Origin: Ranitomeya imitator | Taxonomy: Eukaryota | Direction of reading: 5' to 3' | Length of the DNA: 64,000 nt | NCBI RefSeq assembly: GCF_032444005.1 | Contig: NC_091283.1 | Coordinates: forward strand, 30,752,001-30,816,000 | The notes under the pieces: generated by a model | Databases searched by the model: none | Seen by the model: the letters and a program-made list of their open reading frames with translations, nothing else | What the model was told of the DNA's origin: nothing | Position numbers and translations under genes: made by a program | In this document: positions 26,134 through 37,256 of the stretch, piece by piece | How the letters are laid out: each line of letters starts with the position of its first letter | Numbering within the stretch: position 1 is the first letter of the stretch

Positions 26134-26442
26134 AGCTACATTCACATTAGCGTTTTGCGTCGGGCGACGCAACGGCGCCGCATGCGTCATGCGCCCCTAT
26201 ATTTAACATGGGGGACGCATGGACATGCGTTGTGCTGCATTGTGCGACTCGCGTTTTTTTTGCCGCAAGCGTCGGGCGCAGAAAACGCAACAAGTTGCAT
26301 TTTTCTTGCGTCCAAATTTCGGCAAAAAACGACGCATGCGTCGCAAAACGCAGCGTTTTTGCATACGCTTTGGTGCGTTTTTATTTGCGTTGTGCGTTGC
26401 GTCGCCGACGCAGCGGCGCACAACGCAAATGTGAACGTAGCC
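26134..26442. mobile_element. PIF/Harbinger-type palindromic MITE
   Basis: TIR (A/G)GCTAC(A/G)TTCACATT(A/T)GCG, with TTA on both sides. Confidence 0.75.
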
Positions 26443-26713
26443 TTACATTAATGCTGGAAAGCTCATGACGTGCCAACTAGTCAGCTGTCCTGGATTTCCC
26501 CAAACTCCTGGATCGAAAGGGTTAGGGGGTGAGACTCTAAAAGAGCTTCTCCACTCCTCCGTCTCCACACCATTCATGGTCCAGAGCCCCTACTGATCTC
26601 TCAAAATATTTCTCTAATTTGCGCTGCTCAAGAGGCAGAATAGGGCTGTACACATAGTGGCCTCCCACCAATCTGCAGGGCATTTTATCACCCAAGTGTA
26701 GGCACTCTAAACA

Positions 26714-27748
26714 TAGAACGAAGCATGGGTCACAAGGACCCGAAAAAAGACCTCAAAGTCCATACAGAACAATATATATCAATAATCTTTATTAACCATT
26801 AAAACAATGTTTTAGACAGTACAAAACAGGTAAGGTAGGATACCACATGGTGTACACGGACACCGCACCGACGTGTAATATACCACAGGCGCACAGAACC
26901 AGGGAAAGAAAACACCTGCATATATGAACAGCTTATAAAAAGACTAAAGCCTACCCAGACCAAATATCTAAATTGCAACTAGTCTGTACAAATAGCGATG
27001 CCATCTCTAACAGGAGCATAGGTGCACAGTGCTAAATATAATTATCAACCGTAGCTCTGCATACAACATGGCAATAAAGCTGAGTCAAATGTACAAAGAT
27101 AGATTTTGGAATATACGTTACCTCTTAATAGAGTGCAATGTGTAAGCTTCCCCCCGGGTCCGTATGCCCACCCCGACGCGCGTTTCGGTCGCACATCTTC
27201 TTCAGGGGGCATGTACATTTGACTCAGCTTTATTGCCATGTTGTATGCAGAGCTACGGTTGAAGATGTGCGACCGAAACGCGCGTCGGGGTGGGCATACG
27301 GACCCGGGGGAAGCTTACACATTGCACTCTATTAAGAGGTAACGTATATTCCAAAATCTATCTTTGTACATTTGACTCAGCTTTATTGCCATGTTGTATG
27401 CAGAGCTACGGTTGATAATTATATTTAGCACTGTGCACCTATGCTCCTGTTAGAGATGGCATCTCTATTTGCACAGACTATTTGCAATTTAGATTTTTGG
27501 TCTGGGTAGGCTTTAGTCTTTTTATAAGCTGTTCATATATGCAGGTGTTTTCTTTCCCTGGTTCTGTGCGCCTGTGGTATATTACACGTCGGTGCGGTGT
27601 CTGTGTACACCATGTGATATCCTACCTTACCTGTTTTGTACTGTCTAAAACATTGTTTTAATGGTAAATAAAGATTATTGATATATATTGTTCTATATGG
27701 ACTTTGAGGTCGTTTTTTTCGGGTCCTTGTGACCCATGCTTCTTTCTA
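26714..27748. repeat. ~1-kb fold-back (two ~500-bp inverted arms), probably inverted Penelope-like pseudo-LTRs
   Basis: TAGAACGAAGCATGGGTCACAAGG... is mirrored by ...CCTTGTGACCCATGCTTCTTTCTA. The centre carries a hammerhead-like motif CCCC-CTGAAGA..GAAAC-GCGC-GTC-GGGG on the minus strand (27171-27209). Confidence 0.8.
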
Positions 27749-27880
27749 GGTTCACTAGCGACTAGTCCGCTTATTTAGTCCTTTCTTGTGTTCAGCATAT
27801 GATATATGTATGTAGTTCCAGTTATAACTGAATTTACATTTGTTTGTAACAAGCTGAGTCTTGTTGTGCTTTTGGTTAAG

Positions 27881-28625
27881 TGTTATGATCCGGTGACTTT
27901 GGAGCTGCATGAGAACTTTCACTGGAGAAAGTGGCCACTATACTGACCGCAATCCTGAACTTAACACCGCAACTAGAAGTAGCCGACACCGCAACTAGAA
28001 ATAGCTGTGGAGTGTACCTAACACACCTAGACACCTCGTCACAGCCAGAGGACTAAATTCCCCTAAAGATGGAAATAGGAATACTACCTTGCCTCAGAGA
28101 AAATCCCCAAAGGATAGACAGCCCCCCACAAATATTGGCGGTGAGTCGGAGAGGAAAAAACATACACAGGCAGAAAAAACAGGATTTAGCACAGTAGGCC
28201 ACTCTAGCTAGATAGGACAGAGTTCTGTGCGGTCAGTATTAAAACCCTTCAAAAAATCCACAGCAGAATATACAAAAAAACTTCCTACATCCAAGTAAAG
28301 ATGTAGGAGCGTATATCTGCAACTCCAATGAATCCTACAAACAGAGCAGGAGTAAACTGAAACAAGCACACAGCAGTGTGCCACAGATACAAAAAACAAA
28401 ACACTTATCTTTGCTGAAATTGGCAGCTAAGCAGGTGAGGCCAGGCAGAGATCCAATACTTCCAAAGAAACATTGACAACTGGTAAGGGCTAATGAATCC
28501 TGCACACTTAAATATCCCAGTCAGAACAGCAATTAGCAGATACACCTGGCCAGGACTGTGACTCAGAGACAACTGCATTCCCACCTACCACCACTGGAGG
28601 GAACCCAAGAGCAGAATTCACAACA
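27881..28625 (-). mobile_element. Solo LTR (745 bp)
   Basis: TGTT(A/G)TGA...TCACAACA termini, direct repeat GTTAAG on both sides, no internal coding region. Confidence 0.75.
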
Positions 28626-28922
28626 GTTAAGCACTCTAAACATCCCTAGAAATGAGGGCAACTACGTACGGGGGCGTGAAGACTCCACCTCTGAAGGTAA
28701 GCTCTGGGGCTGGGTCTAAACTACATGACCTGCAGGCGAACATGGCTTGTGATTGGCAGTAATTTCATATATAGTTTGCACAGACTGTCTTCACATTTCC
28801 CATTAATAACAGATCGTAGGTTGTCACTTTTCTCGGCAGCACATGTCCTGATTACATAGGGCGACGTGCTACTGAGAACGACCATTTTTAATCATTTGAT
28901 TAGCAGTTTACTCGTTCATTAA

Positions 28923-29334
28923 AGAAGTTGTCCACTTGGACAACTTCTTGTCATATCCCTTGATTGGCCCCTATAAAATAATAAAGCCTATACTCTCCTC
29001 CCATGCTGGCGCCGTTCCGGCGGTGTCTGCCCTTGCTTTCCCCAGGGCTCCCGTGCCGTTGTTGTGACACATGACCCAGGCGCCCAATCAGCGCTTGCGT
29101 CACTGTCCCCGCCTCCTGTCAAATTGAGCAGGAAGAGGAAGTCAGGGATCAGCTGCAGCCCGGACTTCATGTTCAATTTGTCCGAAGGCGGAGACAGTGA
29201 CGCCAGCGCTGATTGATTGCTGGTGTCGCAACAGCACGGGAACCCCGGGGAGGGAGGTGAGTATGGGCTTTATTATTTTATGTAGGCCAAATATTTTGAT
29301 CAAGAAGGGGTTGAGCTAGTAGTGGACAATCCCT
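28923..29334. mobile_element. TTAA-flanked T2/Kolobok-type MITE
   Basis: TTAA|AGAAGTTGTCCACT ... AGTGGACAATCCCT|TTAA. Confidence 0.7.
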
Positions 29335-30788
29335 TTAAGTGATTGTCGGCGTATTTCAGTAGGACGACAGTCGTGAAGCGGGCCTATGAACAATCCTTTC
29401 CCAATAATCGGCCACGATGAGTGAACCTCAAGGCCTGGTTCGCATGTTGGGTATTTGGTGCGGATTTTCCAGCAATCGTAATCTAATCCTTGTGCTACAT
29501 TCTTGTTGGTTTGGAATCCGCTAGGCCCCCGGCCTGTGTCGTGTTTTCTAAGCCCACCACAGGTCAATTTCTGCAGTGAACATGTATCTTTTTACTGCAG
29601 ATTTTACTCATTTCAATTACTTTAAATCCACAGATTAAAACCTTGGTCGGACATTGCTCTGCTCCATCTTTTAAGTCCATTTATGTAAATAAAAACCGAA
29701 AACACATAATGCATGAGTAGTGTATAAGCGGGTGGTTTCGTCAAACTCAATCTGACAGGTGCCCCGCCCCTATCAAAGTGTATCAAAGTGTGTAACCCCT
29801 CCCCTCCCCTTGTTTGACGGCTGGTATCCAGCTGTCCCTCCTTGTTTGATTTCCCCTTTTGATATAGTTTAATATAGTTTAATTTGTTGTAGTTTTGATA
29901 TTATTCCCGTATTTTGTGGAATAACACATGTTTATAATTATAGCCTAGTCGTGTATTTATTTTACACGTGGTTTATAACACCTTTCTCATTTGTTTATAA
30001 TAGATTTTATACGTATCCCCGAGTTTGATTCTGTAAGCTTTTGTTTTATTCACAGTGTATTCATATAGTGGAGAACTTAAAGCTGTTTATATGTGTCTCT
30101 ACTGAACACTATGGTGAACATTAACTAAATGTTTATTTTCCCAAACAGAGAATCTGCTGTGGGTATTTGCAGTGTATTCATATAGTGGAGAACTTAAAGC
30201 TGTCTATTTGTTTTTGTAAATGGTGAACACTAACTAAATGGTGAACATTATCTAAATTAGGTTAACTGCGGTTCAGAGGTTCATAACACCTAGGTCAAGC
30301 AATTGTTGTTGTATTTGCGTACCCCATAAATGTTTATTTCCACAAACAGAAAAGTTATTGTGTCCTGAAGATGGCATCTGAGGTTATTTGTTATCTACTG
30401 AGGCCATTGCAAGCTGTGTTTATTCACATTGTAGCAGGTTTTATCCTTGTGGCTGCCTTATATACACAGAAGAGATATGCACCAATGTCACAACACAAGT
30501 TATAATATGACCCAATGTTACAATACAAGTAAGAAGCGGCGTGTTTTATACGAATAAAAACCAAAGACACGATATTGTAAAAAAAATTTAAAAGATTTAT
30601 TTCTCACGATAAAACAGCATCTCAAAGACATTTCAACACTATAAAAAATTCTTACAGAATATAAAAAGTAAAAACATTACAATACAGTAATATGACAGTA
30701 CAGTAACAGTACAATGATCAATTACACTTCTTACAAAATAATTAATATAGCGTTACAAGGCGTGTACAGCATTTATCCAGTACATTCT

Positions 30789-31559
30789 TTACATCGTGAG
30801 CCACATGGTTTGTAGCAGCGGTAGAGACCTTTTTTTAGGTAGCAAAGTTCCACGTGTGGTACCTAATGACGGGGAATGTAAAGATTGAATTGTACGGGGT
30901 GACGCCGCTAACTTCAGCGGTGTAGATACAGAGCGTGTCTCACTGTTGGTAATTTTTAATTCATCTAAAAGCTTCCTAGTAGCGGGGTTACCCACAACTG
31001 TAGACGGCATATTTAGCTCTGCCATAGCCTGCATAAATGAATCCCAACCCGGCGGTAAATTTCTACTGTTCAGAGCATGACTCTGCGTTGTACTACGTAC
31101 CAAATCCAGTAAGTTAGACCCTGGTATTACGGATCCTTTGAAAATAAATTCAGCATTATTATTCCATGCTGTGACATTTTTATTCTGCAGCAGCCTGTTT
31201 AGTAAAAATTCAGCATTCTTTTTATATCTTTGGTTTATATGGCCGACAATTTCAGCGATCTCATGATTTTTATCAGAGTCGGTATTTGGCAATTGCTGCT
31301 GACCAGGATCAGGAGGGCTAACGAGATTTAAAGCCGTTACTTCTCTTGAGCTGTGCCTCGTATGTACCAAGTAGCGTTGTAGCACAGCGCTATACATTTT
31401 AATTTTCACATCATCGGGAATGTCACGACGCTGTAAAATGTCGCTAATCTCACCATCAAGGCGCCGAATAACACTGTCGCGTATGTTATCTGTAGTACCG
31501 GGTCTTAGTTTGTCTAGCTCCTGTTTGGGGACTAGATACATTTTCGTTGTATGCTCCAT
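30789..31559 (-). CDS. Maverick/Polinton conserved accessory protein, 256 aa (left-arm copy)
   Basis: MEHTTKMYLVP..RLDGEISDILQR..DDVKIKMYSAVLQRYL and WNNNAEFIFKGSVIPGSNLLDLV..PPGWDSF..LNMPSTVVGN match my recollection of a conserved Polinton ORF. Not database-verified. Confidence 0.75.
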   Translation of the reverse strand: MEHTTKMYLVPKQELDKLRPGTTDNIRDSVIRRLDGEISDILQRRDIPDDVKIKMYSAVLQRYLVHTRHSSREVTALNLVSPPDPGQQQLPNTDSDKNHEIAEIVGHINQRYKKNAEFLLNRLLQNKNVTAWNNNAEFIFKGSVIPGSNLLDLVRSTTQSHALNSRNLPPGWDSFMQAMAELNMPSTVVGNPATRKLLDELKITNSETRSVSTPLKLAASPRTIQSLHSPSLGTTRGTLLPKKRSLPLLQTMWLTM

Positions 31560-31693
31560 TATCTTCCGGCGATCAGGCTTGTTATTATTGGGATTGCAAA
31601 AGCTAAAAGAGGACCGATAAACCCGCCGGCCTGTTTTAGTAGGCGCTTCTTTTTCTTTATGGGCTGAGACCTGTCGCCAGTGATTTTTGCACT
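31559..31693 (-). pseudogene. Same truncated small-protein remnant (left arm)
   Basis: Mirror of 41659-41793. Confidence 0.7.
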
Positions 31694-32564
31694 TTATTAA
31701 CATACAACACACAAGAAATAGACATTTAGAACTTATTTATGATTAATATGCGATTATTAGGCATTTAGGACTTATGTTATCATGTTTTTGCACTTTATTA
31801 ATATGCGGTTATTAGTCATTTAGGACTTATGTTATCATGTTTTTGCACTTTATTAATATGCTGACCACATAGGTCAGGGATTTTTTGTACTTTATTAATA
31901 TGCGGGCCACAAACACTTCTGCACCCACGGGCGCTTCTCAACCAACCATGCATCCGGTACTCATCAGGCACTGTGAAATAATGCAAAAATACATCTGTGC
32001 GCGGCTGTCGGCATCAACATTGTGCTATTATAAGTTTATGGTTCTGTAAAGAACACGCAACACATACAGAACTCACACACACACACAAATACACACAGCA
32101 CACAACACGCACACATTTCTCAAAATGCCATACACTTCAGAATATATTTGCAATTCACTACGCATGTAACACATATTTCTTCGCCCCACACGCATTTAAC
32201 AGTCTTTCATATGTATCGCAGAAAGATTTTAGTTCCAACTGCGGGTCAGCGGCTTAAAGAAAAGTTATTGTGGCCTTGATTCTGGGGTAACACATGTTTA
32301 TAAATATAGCCTAGTCGTGTATTTATTTTACACATGGTTTATAACACATTTCATGGCCTTGATTCTGGGGTAACACATGTTTATAAATATAGCCTAGTCG
32401 TGTATTTATTTTACACATGGTTTATAACACATTTCATTTGTTTTTGTTGTTTGATTGTCATGTAAGAAGCGTTGTGTTTTATACGAATATAAAAGTGACA
32501 CATTCCCATATATTATTACAGCTTTCATTAATTCTACATTATTTTAGCACATATTAATTTTACA

Positions 32565-32739
32565 CTATTAATTTTACAGGAGCCTGTGCTGCCTATAATT
32601 TGACTCCTTTTTATACAAAGACATCTAACATATACAGACTTTTAATATTTTTGTGTAAAATCGCGGTCAGACAGGCACAAACACACACACACACACACAC
32701 ACGCACACAACACAGAACCACACACAACAAACACACAGA

Positions 32740-32773
<34 letters not shown>

Positions 32774-33786
32774 GAAATAGACATTTAGGACTTATTTATG
32801 TTATTATCTTTATGCACTTTGAATGTGCTGTCTATAATTTGACTCTATCCTTGTTTTGTTGAAAATAACTGGACATACATAAGAAACCGGGCAATATATC
32901 TTTATAGAAATAACACTTCTGCACTCTTTGTGTATTTCTATCAGTTTTATTCAGGCATTTATAACACAACATGTTTGATATTGGTAATTTGATTCTGGGA
33001 ACACATTTTAAGTTACTGCTGCACATGTATTACTGTTTTTCTTGTTTTTTGTGTAAAATTTCGTTGTTGGTTTACAAAGACATTTCTTTGAGAAATGTGT
33101 AGCATAACCAATTACCCATCACGGCCACTAGATGGCAGAATATCATATTAATTATTCTGGGATAACATTTCTCTTTGTGCCTATTAATTTTACAGGAGCC
33201 TGTGCTGCCTATAATTTGACTCCTTTTTATACAAAGACATCTAACATATACAGACTTTTAATATTTTTGTGTAAAATCGCGGTCAGACAGGCACAAACAC
33301 ACACACACACACACACGCACACAACACAGAACCACACACAACAAACACACAGAACCCACACACACACACACACACACAAGAAATAGACATTTAGGACTTA
33401 TTTATGTTATTATCTTTATGCACTTTGAATGTGCTGTCTATAATTTGACTCTATCCTTGTTTTGTTGAAAATAACTGGACATACATAAGAAACCGGGCAA
33501 TATATCTTTATAGAAATAACACTTCTGCACTCTTTGTGTATTTCTATCAGTTTTATTCAGGCATTTATAACACAACATGTTTGATATTGGTAATTTGATT
33601 CTGGGAACACATTTTAAGTTACTGCTGCACATGTATTACTGTTTTTCTTGTTTTTTGTGTAAAATTTCGTTGTTGGCTTACAAAGACATTTCTTTGAGAA
33701 ATGTGTAGCATAACCAATTACCCATCACGGCCACTAGATGGCAGAATATCATATTAATTATTCTGGGATAACATTTCTCTTTGGGC
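32565..33786. repeat. Tandem duplication (616 + 606 bp) with CA microsatellites, left arm; mirrored at 39566-40787
   Basis: CTATTAATTTTACAGGAGCC at 32565 and 33181; duplicated ORFs offset by 606. Confidence 0.92.
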
Positions 33787-34349
33787 ATTTCTATCAGTTT
33801 TATTTATGCTTTTATAACACAACATGTCTGCTATTGTTAATTTGATTCGGGGATAACACATGTTTATAAAAATAACGCTATAGCAAGCGGTAATGTCAAA
33901 TTCTGAAAATAGCCATTTTATATTGAATTACTAACATTTTTCTATTTTAGCGCTGACACAGCCACATATATTATTCCAGCTTTCTTTAATTCTGCATTAT
34001 TTTATCACATGATGAAAATAGTCATTTTATATTGAATTACTGCAGCTCGCGGCGCGTTACCACTGGTCTCGTTTCTCAATTAATTTCCCAGCTGACGACG
34101 CTATCTATAATTCTGCGTATACCTTAGGCGTGTATTTACATGACAGTGTAATTATTTCTCACAATAAAACAACAGCTCAAATTTTAAGTTAGCTAACAGC
34201 ATAATGATGACAAATGCATCTTTGCGGAATCTGATAACGACACGCTGAACAAAGGACGGAGCCTGACAAATACACACAACACACAACACGCACATATTAT
34301 GAAAAATGACAACCATTGTATGTGATTTAAAAAACTTTAGTTAGATTTA

Positions 34350-36095
34350 TCAGGGGTGATTTAGTTTGAAAGCACGCAGCTCCTCGGTAATGTCATGTGT
34401 TGGACACGCATTTAACAGTCTTTCATATGTATCGCAGAAAGATTTTAGTTCCATCTGTGCGAGTTTGCTTTGAGCGTACTGCGCAGACATGTCAGTAAAC
34501 ATTTTGACATGGTCAGCATCCCACGAAGGACGACCTGTGTAAGGTGTATGTACAGCAACTTTCTGCTTTCTACCTACACGGCGTCGGGATACGGTTCGTT
34601 TCTTTAGAGGTAATACAGGGGCAAAAACGCTAGAAAAGTCTGCAAGAGCAGTATCTGCAGATTGCACAGTCTGGCACACAGGTATATTGAGGGGCTCTGT
34701 GGGTGACCACAGACCCTCGGAGAGCTGCTCAATTTCTCTGTTTTCAGGCGTAACTTGGGGTATGGCGCCTGTGCTATTGGCGGGCCGTGTTATGCGGGGC
34801 CGAGCGTTCGGCGCTGCACGTTTCTCTCTTGAAACGTTCGTATATTTCTGATGTGAAATCTTGGGGCTTGGATTCCCGGGTTGTTTTGGTGCAGCGTAGC
34901 ATTCATCACGATCCACAACACAGATGGGCGAGAGAGATGTTGTTCGCACCGCCGTATTAGCTCTTTGTGGTTGATTCTCTTCAGTGTCGTAATTACGCCA
35001 GTGCAAAACTCGTTGTTGAAGAGGCGACGTATCTAAAAGAAAAGATACAAGTGGCGGTTAGCCGCGAAACGGCGCAAAATTGGAAAAGCTAAACGGCGAC
35101 GCATAGCTATGATCATACGTAATATTTGAAAAGTTAATGGGGACAGGTAGCCATGAAATCATTGTAACAATATTTACATAAACCTGTATAGAGCAGTCCA
35201 GATATATACTTACAAGTATGAAGCGGGAATTGTCCCACATCAGCTCCTGGTTTAACGGGAGGCGCAATGCTCAAACTCGCAGAGGCGGGAATATTCTCTT
35301 TTTCAAGCTGTATTTTCCGGGCAACTAGATTAGCGGGTGTAAGTAAAAATATAACGATTAGCGAACACAGAATTGATTTTCTACACAAAACTGCAGCGGT
35401 GAGAAGAATATATATATATTCAAAAATGAATTTTCTGACAGTTAGCTAGCAGCTGTAAGTAAATATGAGTATTACACAAAAGTGAGAATCGACTGTATTT
35501 CAAGTGAACAGATACCTTTTCTATTCTTGAAACATCGGTGTAACGAGTTGCCGCGTCTTTTAGGCGCATCGGGTTTCGCTGAAGTTGCAGGGTTCTTGAC
35601 ATCTATGATCTCCACGTCTGAACCCAGCGTATCGCGTGGTTCGGGAACACACCAGTTTTCAGCCATAGCGTCAGATGTCTCCGTGTCAGTATCTGTATGA
35701 GAAATTGCGCGTAGTTCGTGTTTACATACAAAGGATTAAAGCAACTGATATAGTATAATATAGTTTTACGGTATAAACATATTTGCGGTGTAAATTAATA
35801 TAGCAAGACTTATGCCGCTATATATTAATAATTCAGTATTATATTGACGGCTACCGCTATTATTTGTTTTATTAATTTAATCATATATTTATTATGCCAT
35901 AATTTGTGTAATACAATAGTTAATAGATGCTATAGTTTTACGCCATAAACAGTATATATTAACATAGATAATATATATATATATATATATATTTAGCTTT
36001 CTTACATGTGATACATGAAAGATAAATATCTTTGTACCGTGTTACAATGACATTTTTCCCTATCTAAAAGCAAAAAGGTGCTCCTAATTACCCAT
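34350..36095 (-). CDS. Mirror copy of the three-exon 287-aa gene. Exons 36092-36095, 35516-35692, 34350-35032
   Basis: Exact reverse complement of the right-arm model. Confidence 0.65.
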
Positions 36096-36309
36096 GATGA
36101 GATGAAGAGCAGGCCCATTATCGGCTATCGGCGCCACGGCTTCAATGCGCGCATAATTCTGCGTTATGAAATTATTGCGCCAATCGGGCGACATACACGG
36201 CTCTTAAATAAGAAAGAATGCATGAATATATAATTAATATAATTTACTTATAATATAATGACACAATCAGAATGAGTCAATACTCTGTACATTATACGCG
36301 TATAATACC

Positions 36310-37042
36310 TAATTGTGTGCTTGCAAGAAGGGGGCTGCATTGCTCGCGAGGGTATTGGGCGTCCATCTTAAATAAATAGGGGATAAGTTTTATCTATAAC
36401 TGCGCCGCCAATAAATACAGTTTAAAACTACGTTACAAAAATATGCTTTACAGGCATTGATAATATTAGACCGCAAATAAAACAGTAAACACCTACTTTT
36501 CAGAGAGTAGCGCAACTGTTCAGAGAGAAATTACCACCCACCGTGAACACACCTACAGGAAACCGCATTATACGCCACCCGTGACTAATTGCGCGCACAT
36601 GTCAGATAACAATGGTTGTTATGACTCAGCCATAAGCCTTTCTATATTAATTATGTCCCACAAATATTGCTTATACAGTAAAAACTATATTATACATCGC
36701 TACTAAATATGCAGTTAGCTGCCAGTATAACACTAACTTATTAAACAAATAACATCCTTAATTATGGTTTAGAGATGCATAGTTAAATATAATTATGCAT
36801 TTGCGAATAATAACACAACTGTCTTATATACTTACATTTAGAATAGCTCTGCTTTTTATCCTAGTCGGACTTCTGGTGGATGTCTGTTGTACTGTAGTGG
36901 GACAGTCAGCTGTATTTATCCTGAGTGTCAGAAAGCAACTCAGGTGTTAACACCCAGAAACACACCCAGTTACGCCACATCACACGCCTTCTGTTAACAC
37001 CCAGAACACAGTCATACATGCAATTAATGCATGTATTAACTC
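36310..37042. other. Unique 733-bp central spacer of the palindrome
   Basis: Not self-complementary; no ORF of 60 aa or more; contains TGTTAACACCCAGAA twice and near-palindrome TTAATGCATGTATTAA (37024-37039). Confidence 0.9.
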
Positions 37043-37256
37043 GGTATTATACGCGTATAATGTACAGAGTATTGACTCATTCTGATTGTGTCATTATATT
37101 ATAAGTAAATTATATTAATTATATATTCATGCATTCTTTCTTATTTAAGAGCCGTGTATGTCGCCCGATTGGCGCAATAATTTCATAACGCAGAATTATG
37201 CGCGCATTGAAGCCGTGGCGCCGATAGCCGATAATGGGCCTGCTCTTCATCTCATC

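Larger units (their letters stand above)
29716..36309 (+). repeat. Left inverted arm (6,594 bp)
   Basis: Mirror of 37043-43636. Every mirrored ORF pair has coordinates summing to 73352 and identical translations. Confidence 0.97.
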
